A stretch of DNA of 64,000 nucleotides from the human T2T-CHM13v2.0 reference genome, Homo sapiens: NCBI RefSeq assembly GCF_009914755.1, contig NC_060925.1; one strand, 5' to 3'. The notes under the pieces are model-generated. The model did not search any database and was not told the origin of the DNA. It saw only the letters and a list, made by a program, of their open reading frames with translations. A program made the position numbers and the translations under genes. Shown here in pieces: positions 1-45,665 of this stretch (position 1 is the first letter of the stretch; every line of letters starts with the position of its first letter).

Positions 1-6750
<6,750 letters not shown>

Positions 6751-7835
6751 ACTTTTTATTTGTTTTCTTTAGCTAGCATTTATATAGTGCCTATTATAGT
6801 CCAGATGCTATGGTAAAAAGTATACAAGTATTAGCTCATGTAATCCTGTGAAATAAGTATAGTTATCCCTGTTTTACAGATGAGAAAACAGGCACAGAAA
6901 GTGCCTTTCTTAAAGGCACACAACTAGTACTGGTGGAGCTGAGATTCCACTCAGGCTGCATGGCTCTAGAGTCAGTGTTCTAAGCCACTTGTGGCTTGAA
7001 AAATAGAACCTATTTGTGCAAGACATAACCTTTATTCAGCCTGAACCCAATGCTAAATGCCTACATAGACTTGTGGACTTTTTGCAATAATGCTAATGGA
7101 GCCAAGGGGTGCAAGTTGGAGACTGGCAGACTAGAGGACTTTTAATCTCTGTTTGACTCTAAATTTCATAATCCCAATAGAATTTTTGTAAAGGAGGTGG
7201 GAGTTAAGGCTCTCTCAACTTCAGCTCATGTAACCAGGACAAACCAGCTGAACTTGGGGTCCTTTCTCAGAAATGAGCATAAGAGGCACTCACCCTTGTG
7301 CTATAGACAAAAGAAATGTAGCACAAGGCCTGTAACTAAGTCACATGTGTCTCCAGGGAAATACATGCATGCCTTTGGAGTTGAAACTGGAGCGGCAGTA
7401 AAACCAAAAACATATGCTCACTCTTCACTATTCAGCCACCTCTGAACTTCTTCCTCCTCACCTTTTTTACTGTTACCAATGAAATATATTTTTAAGGGAT
7501 TTTTTAAAAGGATAGCTTACAGAGCACCCATAAACCTACCCATCATTTGTAATTTCTTCCTTTAATTGAAAAAACTTGTTTTTTTCTTAGTGGTCTTATC
7601 CTACTGCTCTAGAAGAAAGCTCAAGATACTCAGGATACCAGTTTGATGGACAATGAACTAAGCCCAGAAGAAATCCCTCTCCAAACCTATCTTCTTGTTG
7701 CTGTCCTATCTGTGTACTTCTATGCCTGACACTATGCCAGTTATTAGAAATAGATCAACAGGACTCAGTTCCTGCTCTTAAGGAACTCATGGATGACTAA
7801 GGGAGACAGATATGTACATAAATCATTGCAGTGGA

Positions 7836-22634
<14,799 letters not shown>

Positions 22635-22728
22635 TAAAATATAAAGAGACAACAGCCTTCTAACGGGGATATGTGTACACCCTCCTCTGAGTCAGGAAGA
22701 CTTCCAAGAGGGATGCAGGTGAGGATAA

Positions 22729-23092
22729 TACTATGGTCTGAATGTTCATGCCCCCTTAAAGGATATATTGAAATCTTAACTTCCAAGATGATAGTATTAA
22801 GAGATGGGACCCTTTGGGAGGCGATTAGGTTATGAGGGCGGAGCTCTTTCGAGTGGGATTAGTGCCCTTATAAAAGATGCCTGAGGAAGCTCGTTCACAT
22901 CTTCTACCACAGGAAGACACAGCTAGAAGGTGCTATCTATGAACCAGGAAACTGGCATTCACAGACACCAATTCTGCTGGGGCTGTGATCTTGGACTTCC
23001 AAGACTTCAGAACTACGAGAAATACATTTCTGTTATGTATAAGCCACCCAGTCTACAGTATTTTGTTATAGCAGCCCTAATGGACTAAGACA
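22729..23092 (+). mobile_element. MaLR solo LTR (MLT1A/MSTD-like)
   Basis: tactatggtctgaatgtt...gggattagtgcccttataaaaga...ttgttatagcagccctaatggactaagaca. Confidence 0.8.
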
Positions 23093-23489
23093 AATAGTTT
23101 TAAAGAAATAAAAATTTTCAGATCCTGAGCTTCCATATGTGCTGGTCCTAAATTGATCTGCCTAAGAAAGTGGACTGAGGGAGATGCAGGTCCTTTGTTC
23201 CTACCTTCCTACCCACCTACTACTTCAAGCAAAGAAAGATGTGCACTCCATCCATCTCAAGCTTACTTTGGTGCATTGCTCTGGGGTAAAAATATCCAAA
23301 CAAAGAGGCAATTAGAAATATTGATGATGGCGCTGAGAACTGAGTAACTCTAATAACTGGGTATCAATGCCTTTTTGTAAGTCAGGTGGTTTCTAATATT
23401 TTGTTTTCAACAAAACTGAAGGAAATCTTAATTAAGGTTGACAGTAGATAGATCATTAAAATTATTTTTGATGACATATAACTATGTGA

Positions 23490-24120
<631 letters not shown>

Positions 24121-24134
24121 CAACTATGTGATTC

Positions 24135-27840
<3,706 letters not shown>

Positions 27841-27858
27841 TTAAAAAAAAAAAAAAAA

Positions 27859-28000
27859 ATTAATGCAATCTAGCGTCAATTAGATGTACATTGCTGAGGT
27901 CTTTTATCTGTTGTAGATTTTTCCCCCTTTTTATTGCATCAGGCATATTACCCTGTAAATTGTGGTAGTGATAGCAGGAATAAAAAATTAAGTAATTTTA
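27859..28000 (+). pseudogene. 5'-truncated processed retrocopy of an mRNA 3'UTR end, most likely HNRNPA3
   Basis: attaatgcaatctagcgtcaattagatgtacattgctgaggtcttttatctgttgtag...ccctgtaaattgtggtagtg...ggAATAAAaaattaag matches my recollection of the HNRNPA3 3'UTR up to its poly(A) site. A poly(A) remnant follows at ~28183-28197. Confidence 0.7.
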
Positions 28001-28002
28001 TT

Positions 28003-28160
28003 GGGAGCAGAGGACTGCCAAGTTGACTGAGGAGGGGTAGACTGGCCCAGGTTGGAAACAGAGCAGGTCAAAATTCTCATGCTGATCAGTAGTGGAGTCA
28101 CACCTGTGAGTAGCCACTGCACTTTGTCCTGGGCAGCAAGCGAGACCCTGTCTCTAAAAA
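28003..28160 (+). pseudogene. 5'-truncated 7SL (SRP) RNA pseudogene fragment
   Basis: ggaggggtagactggcccaggttggaaacagagcaggtcaaaattctcatgctgatcagtagtgg...gagaccctgtctct+A matches the S-domain and 3' end of 7SL. The S-domain is absent from Alu. Flanked by aagtaattt / aaggaattt. Confidence 0.9.
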
Positions 28161-28319
28161 GAGCAAGGAATTTAAAACTTTAAAGAAAAAAAAAAAACTC
28201 GGCCAGGCGCGGTGGCTCACGCCTGTAATCCCAGCAATTTGGGAGGCCGAGGCAGGTGGAACATGACGTCAGGAGATCGAGACCATCCTGGCTAACACGG
28301 TGAAACCCCGTCTCTACTA

Positions 28320-28529
<210 letters not shown>

Positions 28530-29623
28530 TTAAAAGGTCAATATTTATAATACTCTGGAAACTACAGCCTTTGTAATTACTTAAAATAATGATTAAAATG
28601 CAAGATATCAACATAAAAAGGTGCAAGGAGGTGTATATTATACAACATTATTTTAAGGGTATGTGAATAAAAACACATGAAGACCACAGTCATAGAGAAA
28701 AGAACATAGGCTTTGGAGTTTGGAGGCTTAGAGGCTGTTTCCTAGCTGTGTGTCCTAAGGCAAGTTACTCTGCCTCTTCAGTTTCAGCCTCTGTGCTATT
28801 ATTAAAATGGATTTAATAGTAGGAATTGTTAGTGGTCTATCAATTTTGCCAATTAAGCCAAATAATACACATAAAAGAGGCTGAAATATGGTAGATAATA
28901 AATATTTCTTCCTTCCTCCTTATAATGCAGTAAGAAGGTATTGATTCATCCACCCAACAGTAATTTTTAGCACCCATGTGTCAGTCACTGTTCTAGGAGC
29001 TAGGGATCCAAGGTGAATGAAGCAAGCAGGGTCCCTGGAAGATGGATAAGAGTGGGCACATGGGGCTGGGCGAGGTGGCTCACGCCTGTAATCCCAGCAC
29101 TTTGGGAGGCTGAGTCGGGTGGATCACGAGGTCAGGAGTTCAAGACCAGCCTGGCCAAGATGGTGAAACCCCATCTCTACTAAAAATATAAAAATTAGCC
29201 GGGCATGGTGGTGGGCGCCTGAAATCCCAGCTGCTCGGGAGGCTGAGGCAGAGAATTGCCTGAACCTGGGAGGCGGAGGTTGCAGTGAACCAAGATAGTG
29301 CCACTGCACTCCAGCCTGGGCGACAGAGTGAGACTCTGTCTCAAAAAAAAAAAAAAAAAAGAGTGGGCACATGGAACCAGATTGCCTGGCTGGAATCCCC
29401 TCTTTACTAGCTGTATAATCATTGACAACTCACTCAACATGTCTCAGTGTTGTGGTCTGTATGACAGGGATAATAATAGCACCTTGAAGAGTTTGTGTGT
29501 TGAGTTGTTAAGGAGTCAGCACCGTGTCTGGCACATGGTATGCACCCGGCACATGTGAACTATTCATGTTATTCTTCATGATGCTTACATCTGAGGTGGG
29601 GAGAAGGGCGTGAGAATATTTGT

Positions 29624-29699
29624 CTGCATCTTACCTGAGGTTTAGAGAGGTTAAGTAAACTGCATCTAAACTGAGGTTTAGAGAGGTTAAGTAAACTGC
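29624..29699. repeat. 36-bp tandem duplication within a MIR-like fragment
   Basis: ctgcatct(t/a)a(c/a)ctgaggtttagagaggttaagtaaa x2. Confidence 0.9.
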
Positions 29700-30322
29700 C
29701 TCTCAAGTCAAATAAATAGGAAGGGTGGAGGTGACACTTTGTCCTCTGTCCCAACGGACTTCAAGGCCTGCACTATTTCTGCCATGCTGAGCAGGCTATT
29801 TCATGACAGTTCTTCTCTCTCTTTTTTTTTTTTTTCAAATTGAGATGGGGTCTCGCTCTGTCGCCCAGGCTGGAGTGCAGTGGCACGATCTCAGCTAACT
29901 GCAATCTCTGCTGCCTGGGTTCAAACAATTCTTGTGACTCAGCCTCCCAAGTAACCGGGATTACAGGCGCCCACCACCACACCCAGCTAAATTTTTTTGT
30001 ATTTTTAGTAGAGACGGGGTTTTGCCACATTGGCCAGGCTGTTCTTGAACTCCTGACCTCAGGTGAACTGCCTGCCTCAGCCTCCCAAAGTGCTGGGATT
30101 ACATGTGTAAGCCACCACACCCGGCCAACAGTTATTCTGTAGGACATTTCCCGTTGCAACATTCTATTGGTAGGAGAAGGAGTTTTTTTATAAAAAGGTT
30201 TTCGGCCAGGCGCGGTGGCTCACGCTTGTAATCCCAGCACTTTGGGAGGCCGAGGCGGGCAGATCACAAGGTCAGGAGATCGAGACCATCCTGGCTAATA
30301 CGGTGAAACCCTGTCTCTACTA

Positions 30323-30499
<177 letters not shown>

Positions 30500-31007
30500 T
30501 CAATGGAGGACTTACAAAAATCCAGAAACACAATTTATAAGCCCCCAGAGCTCTTCATGATCTCAGATCTGTACACTGAAAAGTCTAGTTTCTTTCCTTT
30601 TGGGTAAAACAGAGCATCTGTCAGACTGTCACAAGTCATCTGGAAGAATTCAGAATTTCAGAATTAGACCCAGGAAACATGTAATGCATGGAGGTGGTGA
30701 TTGCCTTACATTCAATATAATATAAACTGGTCTTTGCTTTAAGTTTTGAGGCTATGCCATGCTCCAGACACTTTCCTAAGTGATGAGGTTATCAGGTCAA
30801 ATACAACAGTCTCTGCCTTTTTACAGTTAGTGCGGAGTTCCACACAGGAGACAAACCTCAGCATAATCCTAGACAGTGACAAGATGAGAAACCAGCAGGA
30901 GGAATCCTGAGAAGGAAGTCATTAACTTAGCTGTAAGCCAGGTGGGACCTCCGAGGAGTGACCTGTAAGCTGGACCATGAGGGATGAGCAGGCCCTCTTT
31001 AGCCTGA

Positions 31008-31685
<678 letters not shown>

Positions 31686-33002
31686 CCAGAGAAGAGGAAG
31701 AAGAGGATCCTGGGCCTGAACAAATATCTGAAGGTCTAAGAAGGAAAGAGAGGCAGGAGGGGCTGAGATACTCTGGGCGGGAGGGAACACTGTGGTGAGG
31801 CAAGAGGGTGAAGCTCCATGAAGGCAGGGATCCTTACTCACCCGGATGCCTAAAATGGTGCCCGGGTTGTTGCTGTTGGCTAATTGAATGCTAAAATCCT
31901 ACCTCTTCCCCCAGAGATTCTGTCTCAGTTGGTCTGGGATAGGGCTGTGGCAATGGTATATTTTAAAAGCTCTCCGGGTTATTCTGATGTACTTCCAGGT
32001 TTGGTACCACTGGACTAAATGAATGACCTGAACCCGTGGAGATGAGAAAAAAAAATGTTTTTTTGAGACAGGGTTTTGCTCTGTCACCCAGGCTGAGTGC
32101 AGTGGTACAATCTCAGCTCACTGCAACCTTGGTCTCAGGTCTCAAGTGATTCTCCTGTCTTAGCCTCCTGAATAGCTGAGATAACAGGCATGTGCCACCA
32201 CACTTGGCTAATTTTTGTATATTTTTTTTTTTGATGGGGTTTCACCATGTTGCCCAGGATGGTCTCAAACTCCTGGGCTCAAGCAATCTGCCTGACTTAG
32301 CCTCCCAAAGTGTTGTGATTATAGGTGACAGCCACCGTGCCCGGCCAAGAAATTTTCTTTATAGTTTTCTGTGGGTCAGAAGCCCTTCTCCTTGAAAAGA
32401 CCTCAGATGATGGTATGTGGTATTTTCCTATTTTATGGAGCTTTGGGGTGGGAATGTAAACTGCCAAGGATTTGTTTGCTCTTGCCTTTAATCCCAGCAT
32501 TTTGGGAGGCCAAGGCAGGAGGCTCGCCTGAGGCAAGCAGTTTGAGACCAGCCTGGGCAACATGAAGAGACCTCCATCTCTACCAAAAAAAAATTAGCCA
32601 GGTATAATGGTGCATGCCTGTGGTCCCAGCTACTTGGGAGGCTGAGGTGGGAGGATCTGCTTGAACCTGGGAGGATGAGGCTGCAGTAAACGATGATCAT
32701 GCTACTGCCCTCCAGCCTGGGCAACAGAGCAAGACCCTGTCTCGAAAAAAAAAATCTGGCAAGTATAGTTAAAATATTAATGGTAGAATCTAGCTAATGG
32801 GTATACAGTTGAGTATATAAATATTTTTCAACTGATATATTTTTAAATTTTTTCTTTTTCTTTTTGTTTTTGAAACAGGGTCACACTCTGTAGCCCAGGC
32901 TGGAGTGCAATGGTACCGTTGAACTCCTGGGCTCAAGCCCTCCTCCTACTTCAGCCTCCCAAGTAGCTGGGACTACAGGAGCCTGCCACCACTCTTGGCT
33001 AA

Positions 33003-33173
<171 letters not shown>

Positions 33174-33499
33174 TGAGCCAAGGATAAAACACACTAACTG
33201 AGTCTAAATGAGAAATTGATAGAAACCTGAGTGTCATTTAGACCAGCATTCTACAAGGAGGCAGACAGAAGGACGAGAGCCTTTCCAGGTAGAAAGGCCA
33301 GTGGTGCTGGGAGCTGTGTATTGGTCTGCTTAGCTAGAGCAGAAATGGGGGACTTTGCTGACAGAGGCCAAGATACTGATTCAGCTGGGTTCAAGTGACC
33401 TTGGATAATTGGACTGATGTCTCTGCACCTTAGTTTCTTCATCTCTTAAATAGGAGTCACATTAACAGTCATTGTAAGTACCAAACTCAAAGAGCTGTT

Positions 33500-37980
<4,481 letters not shown>

Positions 37981-38833
37981 ACAGTATATGTGAAAAAAAT
38001 CATCCCCTCACCTATTTCTCTCCTTCTTGTGTATTCCAGCTCAGTGTGAGGGGCCATTTTCCCTTAAAAGCCAGAATCTTGAGCACCATCCATGCTTCTC
38101 TCTATTCCTCTGCATCTAACCAATTTATGCTATATCTAGGCAAAGCTTGTGTTCATCTCTTCTTTTCCATTTCCCCTGCCACTGTCTTATTTGAAGATCC
38201 TATGATCTTTCTCCTAGAATATTGTTAACATCTTCTTAATTAGTTTGTCTGACATCAGATTCAACTCCTTCTACTGAGGTATCTATAAGGAAAAGAAATT
38301 TATCTTTCTTCTTTTGTTTTTGCTTTTTTTTCTTGGAGATGGCATCTTGCTACATTGTCAAGGGTGGTCTCAAATTCATGGCCTCAAGCTATCCTCATGC
38401 CCCAACCTCCCAAGTAGCTGGGAATATGGGAGTGCACCAGTGGGCCAGCTCCGGATTTATCTTTCTAAAATATCAAGTCAGTCATATCACTCTTGTACTT
38501 GTATAACTCAATGATTCTCCATTCCTTTAAAATAAAATCTAAATGGTTAGGATGGGCTGGGCATGGTGATGCCTGTAATCCCAGCACTTTGAGAGGCCAA
38601 GGCAGTTGAACCACTTGAGGTCAGGAATTTGAGACCATCCCGGGCAACATGGTGAAACCCCGTTTCTATCAAAAAATACAAAAATTAGCCAGGTGTGGTG
38701 GTGCACACCTGTAATCCCAGCTACTCAGGAGGCCAAGGCATGAGAATCACTTGAACACTGGAGTTGGAGGTTACAGTGAGTCAAGACTGCATCACTGCAC
38801 TCCAGCCTGGGCTACAGAGCAAGACTCCATCTC

Positions 38834-38864
<31 letters not shown>

Positions 38865-39239
38865 GGCATGGTGGTGTGTGCCTGCAGTTCCAGCTACTCC
38901 AGAGGGTGGGGGCCGGGGGTGGTCACTAGATCCCAGGAGTTTGAGGCTGCAGTGAGCCCTGATCGCATCACTGCACTCCAGCTTGGGCAACAGAATGAGA
39001 ACTCCATCTCTTACAAATAAAACAAAACGATGCAATTCAATAATTACCAGTTTTGCTGGAAAGGCTTCTTGTGTCCTCAGACAGACTTGAGTGCTTTCCC
39101 CCTTTCTTTTTCTTTTGCTCTTATTTATTTATTTATCTGAGACAAAGTCTCACTCTGTCGTCCAGGCTGGAGTACAACGGCGTGATCTCAGCTCGCAGCA
39201 ACTTCCGCCTCCTAGGTTCAAGCGATTCTCCTGCCTCAG

Positions 39240-39659
39240 TGTCAGGCCTCTGAGCCCAAGCTAAGCCTGTGACCTGCGTGTATACATCCAGATGGCCTGA
39301 AGCAACTGAAGATCCACAAAAGAAGTGAAAATAGCCTTAACTGATGACATTCCATCATCGTGATTTGTTTCTGACCCACCCTAACTGATCAATGTACTTT
39401 GTAATCTTCCCCACCCTTAAGAAGGTTCTTTATAATTCTCCCCACCCTTGAGAATGTACTTTGTGAGATCCACTCCCTGCCCGCAAAACATTGCTCCAAA
39501 CTCCACCGCCTATCCCAAAACCTGTAAGAACTAATGATAATCCACCACACTTCGCTGACTCTCTTTTCAGACTCAGCCCGCCCGCACCCAGGTGAAATAA
39601 ACAGCCATGTGCTCACACAAGCCCTATTTGGTGGTCTCTTCACACGGGCACGTGAGACA
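39240..39659 (+). mobile_element. HERV-H solo LTR (LTR7 family), distal copy
   Basis: tgtcaggcctctgagcccaagctaagcc ... ggtggtctcttcacacgggcacgtgagaca; perfect 5-bp TSD ctcag/ctcag; splits a minus-strand Alu. Confidence 0.93.
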
Positions 39660-39904
39660 CTCAGTTTTCCGAGTAGCTGGGATTACAGGTTCCCCCCAGT
39701 CACGCCCGGCTAATTTTTGTATTTTTAGTAGAGACGAGGGTTTCACCATGTTGGCCAGGCTGGTCTTGAACTCCTGACCTCGTGATCTGCCCACCTTAGC
39801 CTCCCAAAGTGCTGGGATTACAGGTGTGAGCCACCATGCCCGGCCTTGTTCTTTATTTTACGTATTTATTCAGAGCCTATCACATGCCTGTCACTCAGCG
39901 AGCA

Positions 39905-40291
39905 CAGCAGAGCTGTTGGTTCCTTACCCATATCCCTTCAGCCCTCTCATCAGATCTGCAGAAAATTCTTGTGCGTAGGAATGACTTTCTGGGTCTTTCT
40001 GCTTAAGGGATGCCTCAGGAGCGAACTTCTACCAATGCAAAACAAGTTGGGGGACAGATATCCCAGAACACTTCTGAAGTGTGTTCTACACAGCCATTCA
40101 GAGGGTCTCTGTGAGGTTGAGTTCCATTCGCACATAGAGGTAACTCACTAATTCAGTATACTGTCTTGGCCTTTCTCCCTTTCCTGTTTGACTTTTTCTG
40201 TCCTTTACTGTGCTATCTAGGACCACCTCTCAAAGAAGTGAATAGACCCAATTCATTTTCTCAGGAACGGGGGCAATCCCAAGCCAAGACA
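39905..40291 (+). mobile_element. Old ERVL LTR, LTR16-like
   Basis: 3' end ...ttctcaggaacgggggcaatcccaagccaagaca and internal gaagtgtgttctacacag...cagagggtc resemble LTR16 consensus; highly diverged. Confidence 0.5.
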
Positions 40292-40312
40292 ACTAGACTC
40301 TGGGGATAAAAT

Positions 40313-40708
40313 TGTTACCAGTGGAGGTTGTCCAGGTTCTTGGCATCTTGAACAAAGAATTGGACATCACGCCCAAGAAAAGCAAGGAAAGAATGAAGCA
40401 ACAAAAGCAGAAATTTATTGAAAATGAAAGTATGCTCCACAGGGTAGGAGCGGGCCCAAGCATAGGGGCTCAAGAGCCCCAATACAGAATTTTTTTTGGT
40501 TTAAATACCCTCTAGAGGTTTCCATTGATTACTTGGTGTACGCCCTATGTAAATGAAGAGGATGATGTAAAATTACAAAGTCATTTACTTGATGTACACC
40601 CTATGTAAGTGGAAGGGATATTACCTGTCACAGCTGAAGTGTTTCCATTTGATTTAGTTCTAGGAAGTCCTTAGGTTCCCTGCCTCCAGGCCCTATTCTC
40701 CTGCCTCA
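40313..40708 (-). mobile_element. ERV1 solo LTR, MER51-like
   Basis: Minus strand begins tgaggcaggagaatagggcctggaggcagggaacctaagg and ends ...actggtaaca; 4-bp TSD aaat/aaat. Confidence 0.8.
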
Positions 40709-41035
40709 AAATGATGAGTGTTCATACTTTACCACATTGCATGGAAATATTAATAGTAATGTAAGCTGCACAAGGACAGAGATATTTGTTTTATTCATTG
40801 ATGTGTTGCCAACATCTAGAACAGTGCTTGAAATATAGTGTTGAATGAATAGTAGCAATAGCTAATATTTATTGAGTGCTTATGATGTGTTTGATGTGAT
40901 TTTTCAGAGATAATTTAATCCTCAAAAACCTTATGAAAATAGATATTGGTATTATTAGTGGTAATTATTCCCCTTTGGGGATATAGGAGAATTAAGGTTA
41001 AACAATAGGTCTAAATCACCCAGCTTGTAAGTGAT

Positions 41036-41579
41036 CGTTGGAGCTCAGAAATTAATACCCCAAAATATGGGGCTTTGACTTGCTGAATTGAAGAAGTCTC
41101 AAGATCTCTCTGACCTCCCACCTCCACCGTCTCTCCCAAAGCACAGGATGAAGTTGAAGTTCCTTTATCTGCCTAAGATCTAGACCTACCAAGAACAATT
41201 GTTTTTAATTATCCTCCTTTTAAGACCAAAAATGTAACCACAGCTGAATAGACCCTTTCACGAAGTAACGTGTTCGCCTCTCTGTCTCATTCAAATTCCA
41301 AAGAGAATGATTTACAAGTTAATCTCTGTTCACATTCACTTATCTATTCATTTTTCCTCTTCTCCCCTCCAAAAATCTATTTTTCCACCATAACCTGTTT
41401 TGCTAAGATGATATATAACTTTCTGAACCCTACTGGGAGGGTATGTAATCACTGTGTGATCCTCCCCGTGTACACGTTAATAAAATATGTATGCCTTTTC
41501 TCCAATTAATTTGTCTTTTGCAAATTGATTTTTCAGGGAATCTTAGGAGAGCAAAGAAGTATTTCCCTTGGCCCCTAGA
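41036..41579 (+). mobile_element. ERV1 solo LTR, MER39-like
   Basis: Starts (c)gttggagctcagaaattaataccccaaaatatgg and ends ttcccttggcccctaga, with AATAAA at ~41478, like the MER39 consensus ends. Confidence 0.75.
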
Positions 41580-41593
41580 ATAACATTTAAAAA

Positions 41594-41617
41594 TAATCTC
41601 TAAATATTTAGAGATTA
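41594..41617. repeat. Perfect 24-bp palindrome followed by short direct repeats
   Basis: taatctctaaat|atttagagatta, then aataatctc(ta) three more times to ~41655. Confidence 0.95.
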
Positions 41618-41774
41618 AAAATAATCTCTAAATAATAATCTCTAAATAATCTCATAATTAAGCGGGGTGCAGTGGCTCACACCTGTAATCCCAACACTTT
41701 GGGAGGCCAAGGTGGGTGGATCACCTGAGGTCAGGAATTCGGGACCAGCCTGACCAATATGGTGAAACCCCGTC

Positions 41775-42741
41775 TGCAGGGAAAAGGAAGAGAGATCAGA
41801 TTGTTACTGTGTCTGTGTAGAAAGAAGTAGACATAGGAGACTCCATTTTGTTCTGTACTAAGAAAAATTCTTCTGCCTTGAGATGCTGTTAATCTATAAC
41901 CTTACCCCCAACCCCGTGCTCTCTGAAACATGTGCTGTGTCAACTCAGGGTTAAATGGATTAAGGGCTGTGTGGGATGTGCTTTGTTAAACAGATGCTTG
42001 AAGGCAGCATGCTCGTTAAGAGTCATCACCATTCCCTAATCTCAAGTACCCAGGGACACAAACACTGCAGAAGGCCGCAGGGACCTCTGCCTAGGAAAGC
42101 CAGGTATTGTCCAAGGTTTCTCCCCATGTGATAGTCTGAAATATGGCCTCATGGGAAGGGAAGGACCTGACCATCCCCCAGCCCGACACCTCTAAAGGGT
42201 CTGTGCTGAGGAGGATTAGTATAAGAGGAAGGCATGCCTCTTTGCAGTTGAGACAAGAGGAAGGCATCTGTCTCCTGCCCGTCCCTGGGCAATGGAATGT
42301 CTCGGTATAAAACCCGATTGTATGTTCCATCTACTGAGATAGGGGAAAACCACCTTAGGGCTGGAGGTGGGACATGCGGGCAACAACACTGCTCTGTAAG
42401 GCATTGAGATGTTTATGTGTATGCATATCTAAAGCACAGCACTTAATTCTTTACCTTGTCTATGATGCAGAGACCCTTGTTCACGTTTATCTGCTGACCT
42501 TCTCTCCACTATTATCCTATGACCCTGCCACATCCCCCTCTCCGAGAAACACCCAAGAATGATCAATAAATACTAAGGGAACTCAGAGGCTGGCGGGATC
42601 CTCCGTATGCTGAACGCTGGTACCCTGGGCCCCCTTATTTCTTTCTCTATACTTTGTCTCTGTGTCTTTTTCTTTTCCAAAGTCTCTCGTTCCACCTAAC
42701 AAGAAACACCCACAGGTGTGGAGGGGCAACCCACCCCTTCA
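41775..42741 (+). mobile_element. HERV-K(HML-2) solo LTR (LTR5 family; LTR5B or older LTR5_Hs), 967 bp
   Basis: TG...CA termini (tgcagggaaaaggaagagagatcagattgttactgtg ... ggggcaacccaccccttca); TATAAAA at ~42306; AATAAA at ~42565; 6-bp TSD cccgtc/cccatc; inserted into an Alu. Confidence 0.95.
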
Positions 42742-43289
<548 letters not shown>

Positions 43290-44802
43290 CTACCTATATC
43301 TTAGAGATTCCCCGGCACATAGTAATTACTCAATACACACTAATTATCATCTTCTGCTCTTAACAGAAGCCCAAACTTAGAAGTCTCTCCTAAGTGGGAT
43401 CCCCTTTCCTTACCCAGCCTTGAGGAGCTACGCTTGGACAGAATAAACTTAGTATTCAGTTTCAGCCCCTTCATCCAGCTGGAGCAGGAAGAAAGCTGTA
43501 CTTCCTCTGGCAGTTAACTTTGCACAGAGGAAAGACACGCCCAAACACATCTGATCTCCAGGCATGCCTACAAATCCCAAGGCAGCTTCTAGAAGGAATT
43601 CTCCTATTGATTGTGGTTGGGAACGTGGAGTGAAGAATGTGAATGACACAGTCCTGTCCATCCCCACTACCAGACGTACAAATTGGAGCAAAGTTTTGAG
43701 CAAGACATCATCATTATATCATTATGTTTGAGGGAAGAACATAAGAGATTGTTAAACTGCTTTCTAGTGTTTCAAGGTGAAAAGACCAAGGGTGGGAGTT
43801 CCACATCTTCCTGAGAGCCTGCCTCTATCATATGCTGTTATTCTAGGAATGATCTGTAGTCTGTTGCTCATGGAGAATAGTGGGCCATACCAGGTAAACT
43901 TAGAAGAATGTTGATTTCTTTCCTTCTAGTTTTCTTTTGTTAACAGCTTGGGAGCTTTTTTCTTTTCTTTTTATCTGAGAGGGCAGGGCTGTAAAATAAG
44001 TGCTGCTGCCTTTTCAAACCCTGTTAAGATGTTACAGGTTAATAACCATGTGGGCTGGTAAAATTGGGGCTAAGATGATTCTTTCACTTGTAAGAATGTA
44101 TGAGGTCACACATAATACCATGTTAGTCCTTTATACACCATTTATTCTTCTTTCAGCAAAATCTTTTGGCTTTTTGAGTATTTATTGAGTGCCTACAGAG
44201 AGAAAGGAACAGCACATGCTGGGACAGGTATCTTATTACTCCTTCCCATTATTTTCTTTTCTGAATCTTTGCACATATAAGCCACTAGCCTTTCTGTTGT
44301 CTTTCCAGAGATGCTTCACAGAAGACAAAGAGAGACATAACTCTATCCACTCATTCATGCAGCAGTCCGTCTTTTAACAATGTTTGCTTAATATTCACCA
44401 TGTGCTGCATTTTTACTAAGCTGCGTGGAAACCATGGTAAAAAAGATGAAGCCACTATGTTAAAGGAGCATACAGTCTTCATCAAATACAACAGAAATAA
44501 ACATGAAATTGTGATACATGACAATGATGGAGAGATGTGGTAGCTGGAACAATGGGGGTTTGAATTTAGAGGTGAGGTCAGTGTCGTGCCTGTGAACTGT
44601 GGTTCGGGTGATATTTTTAATCATAGCATTACAAAAATCTGGTGAGTCATATTAAATTAAGTTTCAAAGGTATACTTCGAGGTACATTAGATTATGTGCA
44701 ATGTATTACCGATAGTGGAGGAGATAGTTTGATGTGGTACTAGAAATTATTCAAAGTGGTACGTGGTCTGAGGCCCAGCATGGTGGCTCACACCTCTAAT
44801 CA

Positions 44803-45179
<377 letters not shown>

Positions 45180-45404
45180 TTAACACTTGGTAAACAAACT
45201 CTCCGACCCTCATCCCACCCTGCTTGGCTCTGTTTTTTTTGTTTTTTGTTTTTTGTTTTTGTTTTTTTTTTATTTAGACAAAGATTAAGCTCAGAAAATC
45301 AACAGGTGGTAGATTCCAGCTGGTATTTGGTATCTTATTTGATTTTTCTTGTATTTATTTCAGTGTATCCTTTTACTTATGGTTAGTGAGTTATTATTAT
45401 ATAA

Positions 45405-45665
<261 letters not shown>

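Noticed and set aside
28003-28160. Functional 7SL RNA gene, or an ordinary Alu monomer
   Set aside because: It lacks the 5' half and internal promoter and is diverged, so it is not functional; it contains S-domain sequence, so it is not an Alu.
41580-41660. CRISPR-like repeat array (also considered for 51999-52102 and 29624-29699)
   Set aside because: Eukaryotic context, no unique spacers and no cas genes; these are simple duplications or palindromes.
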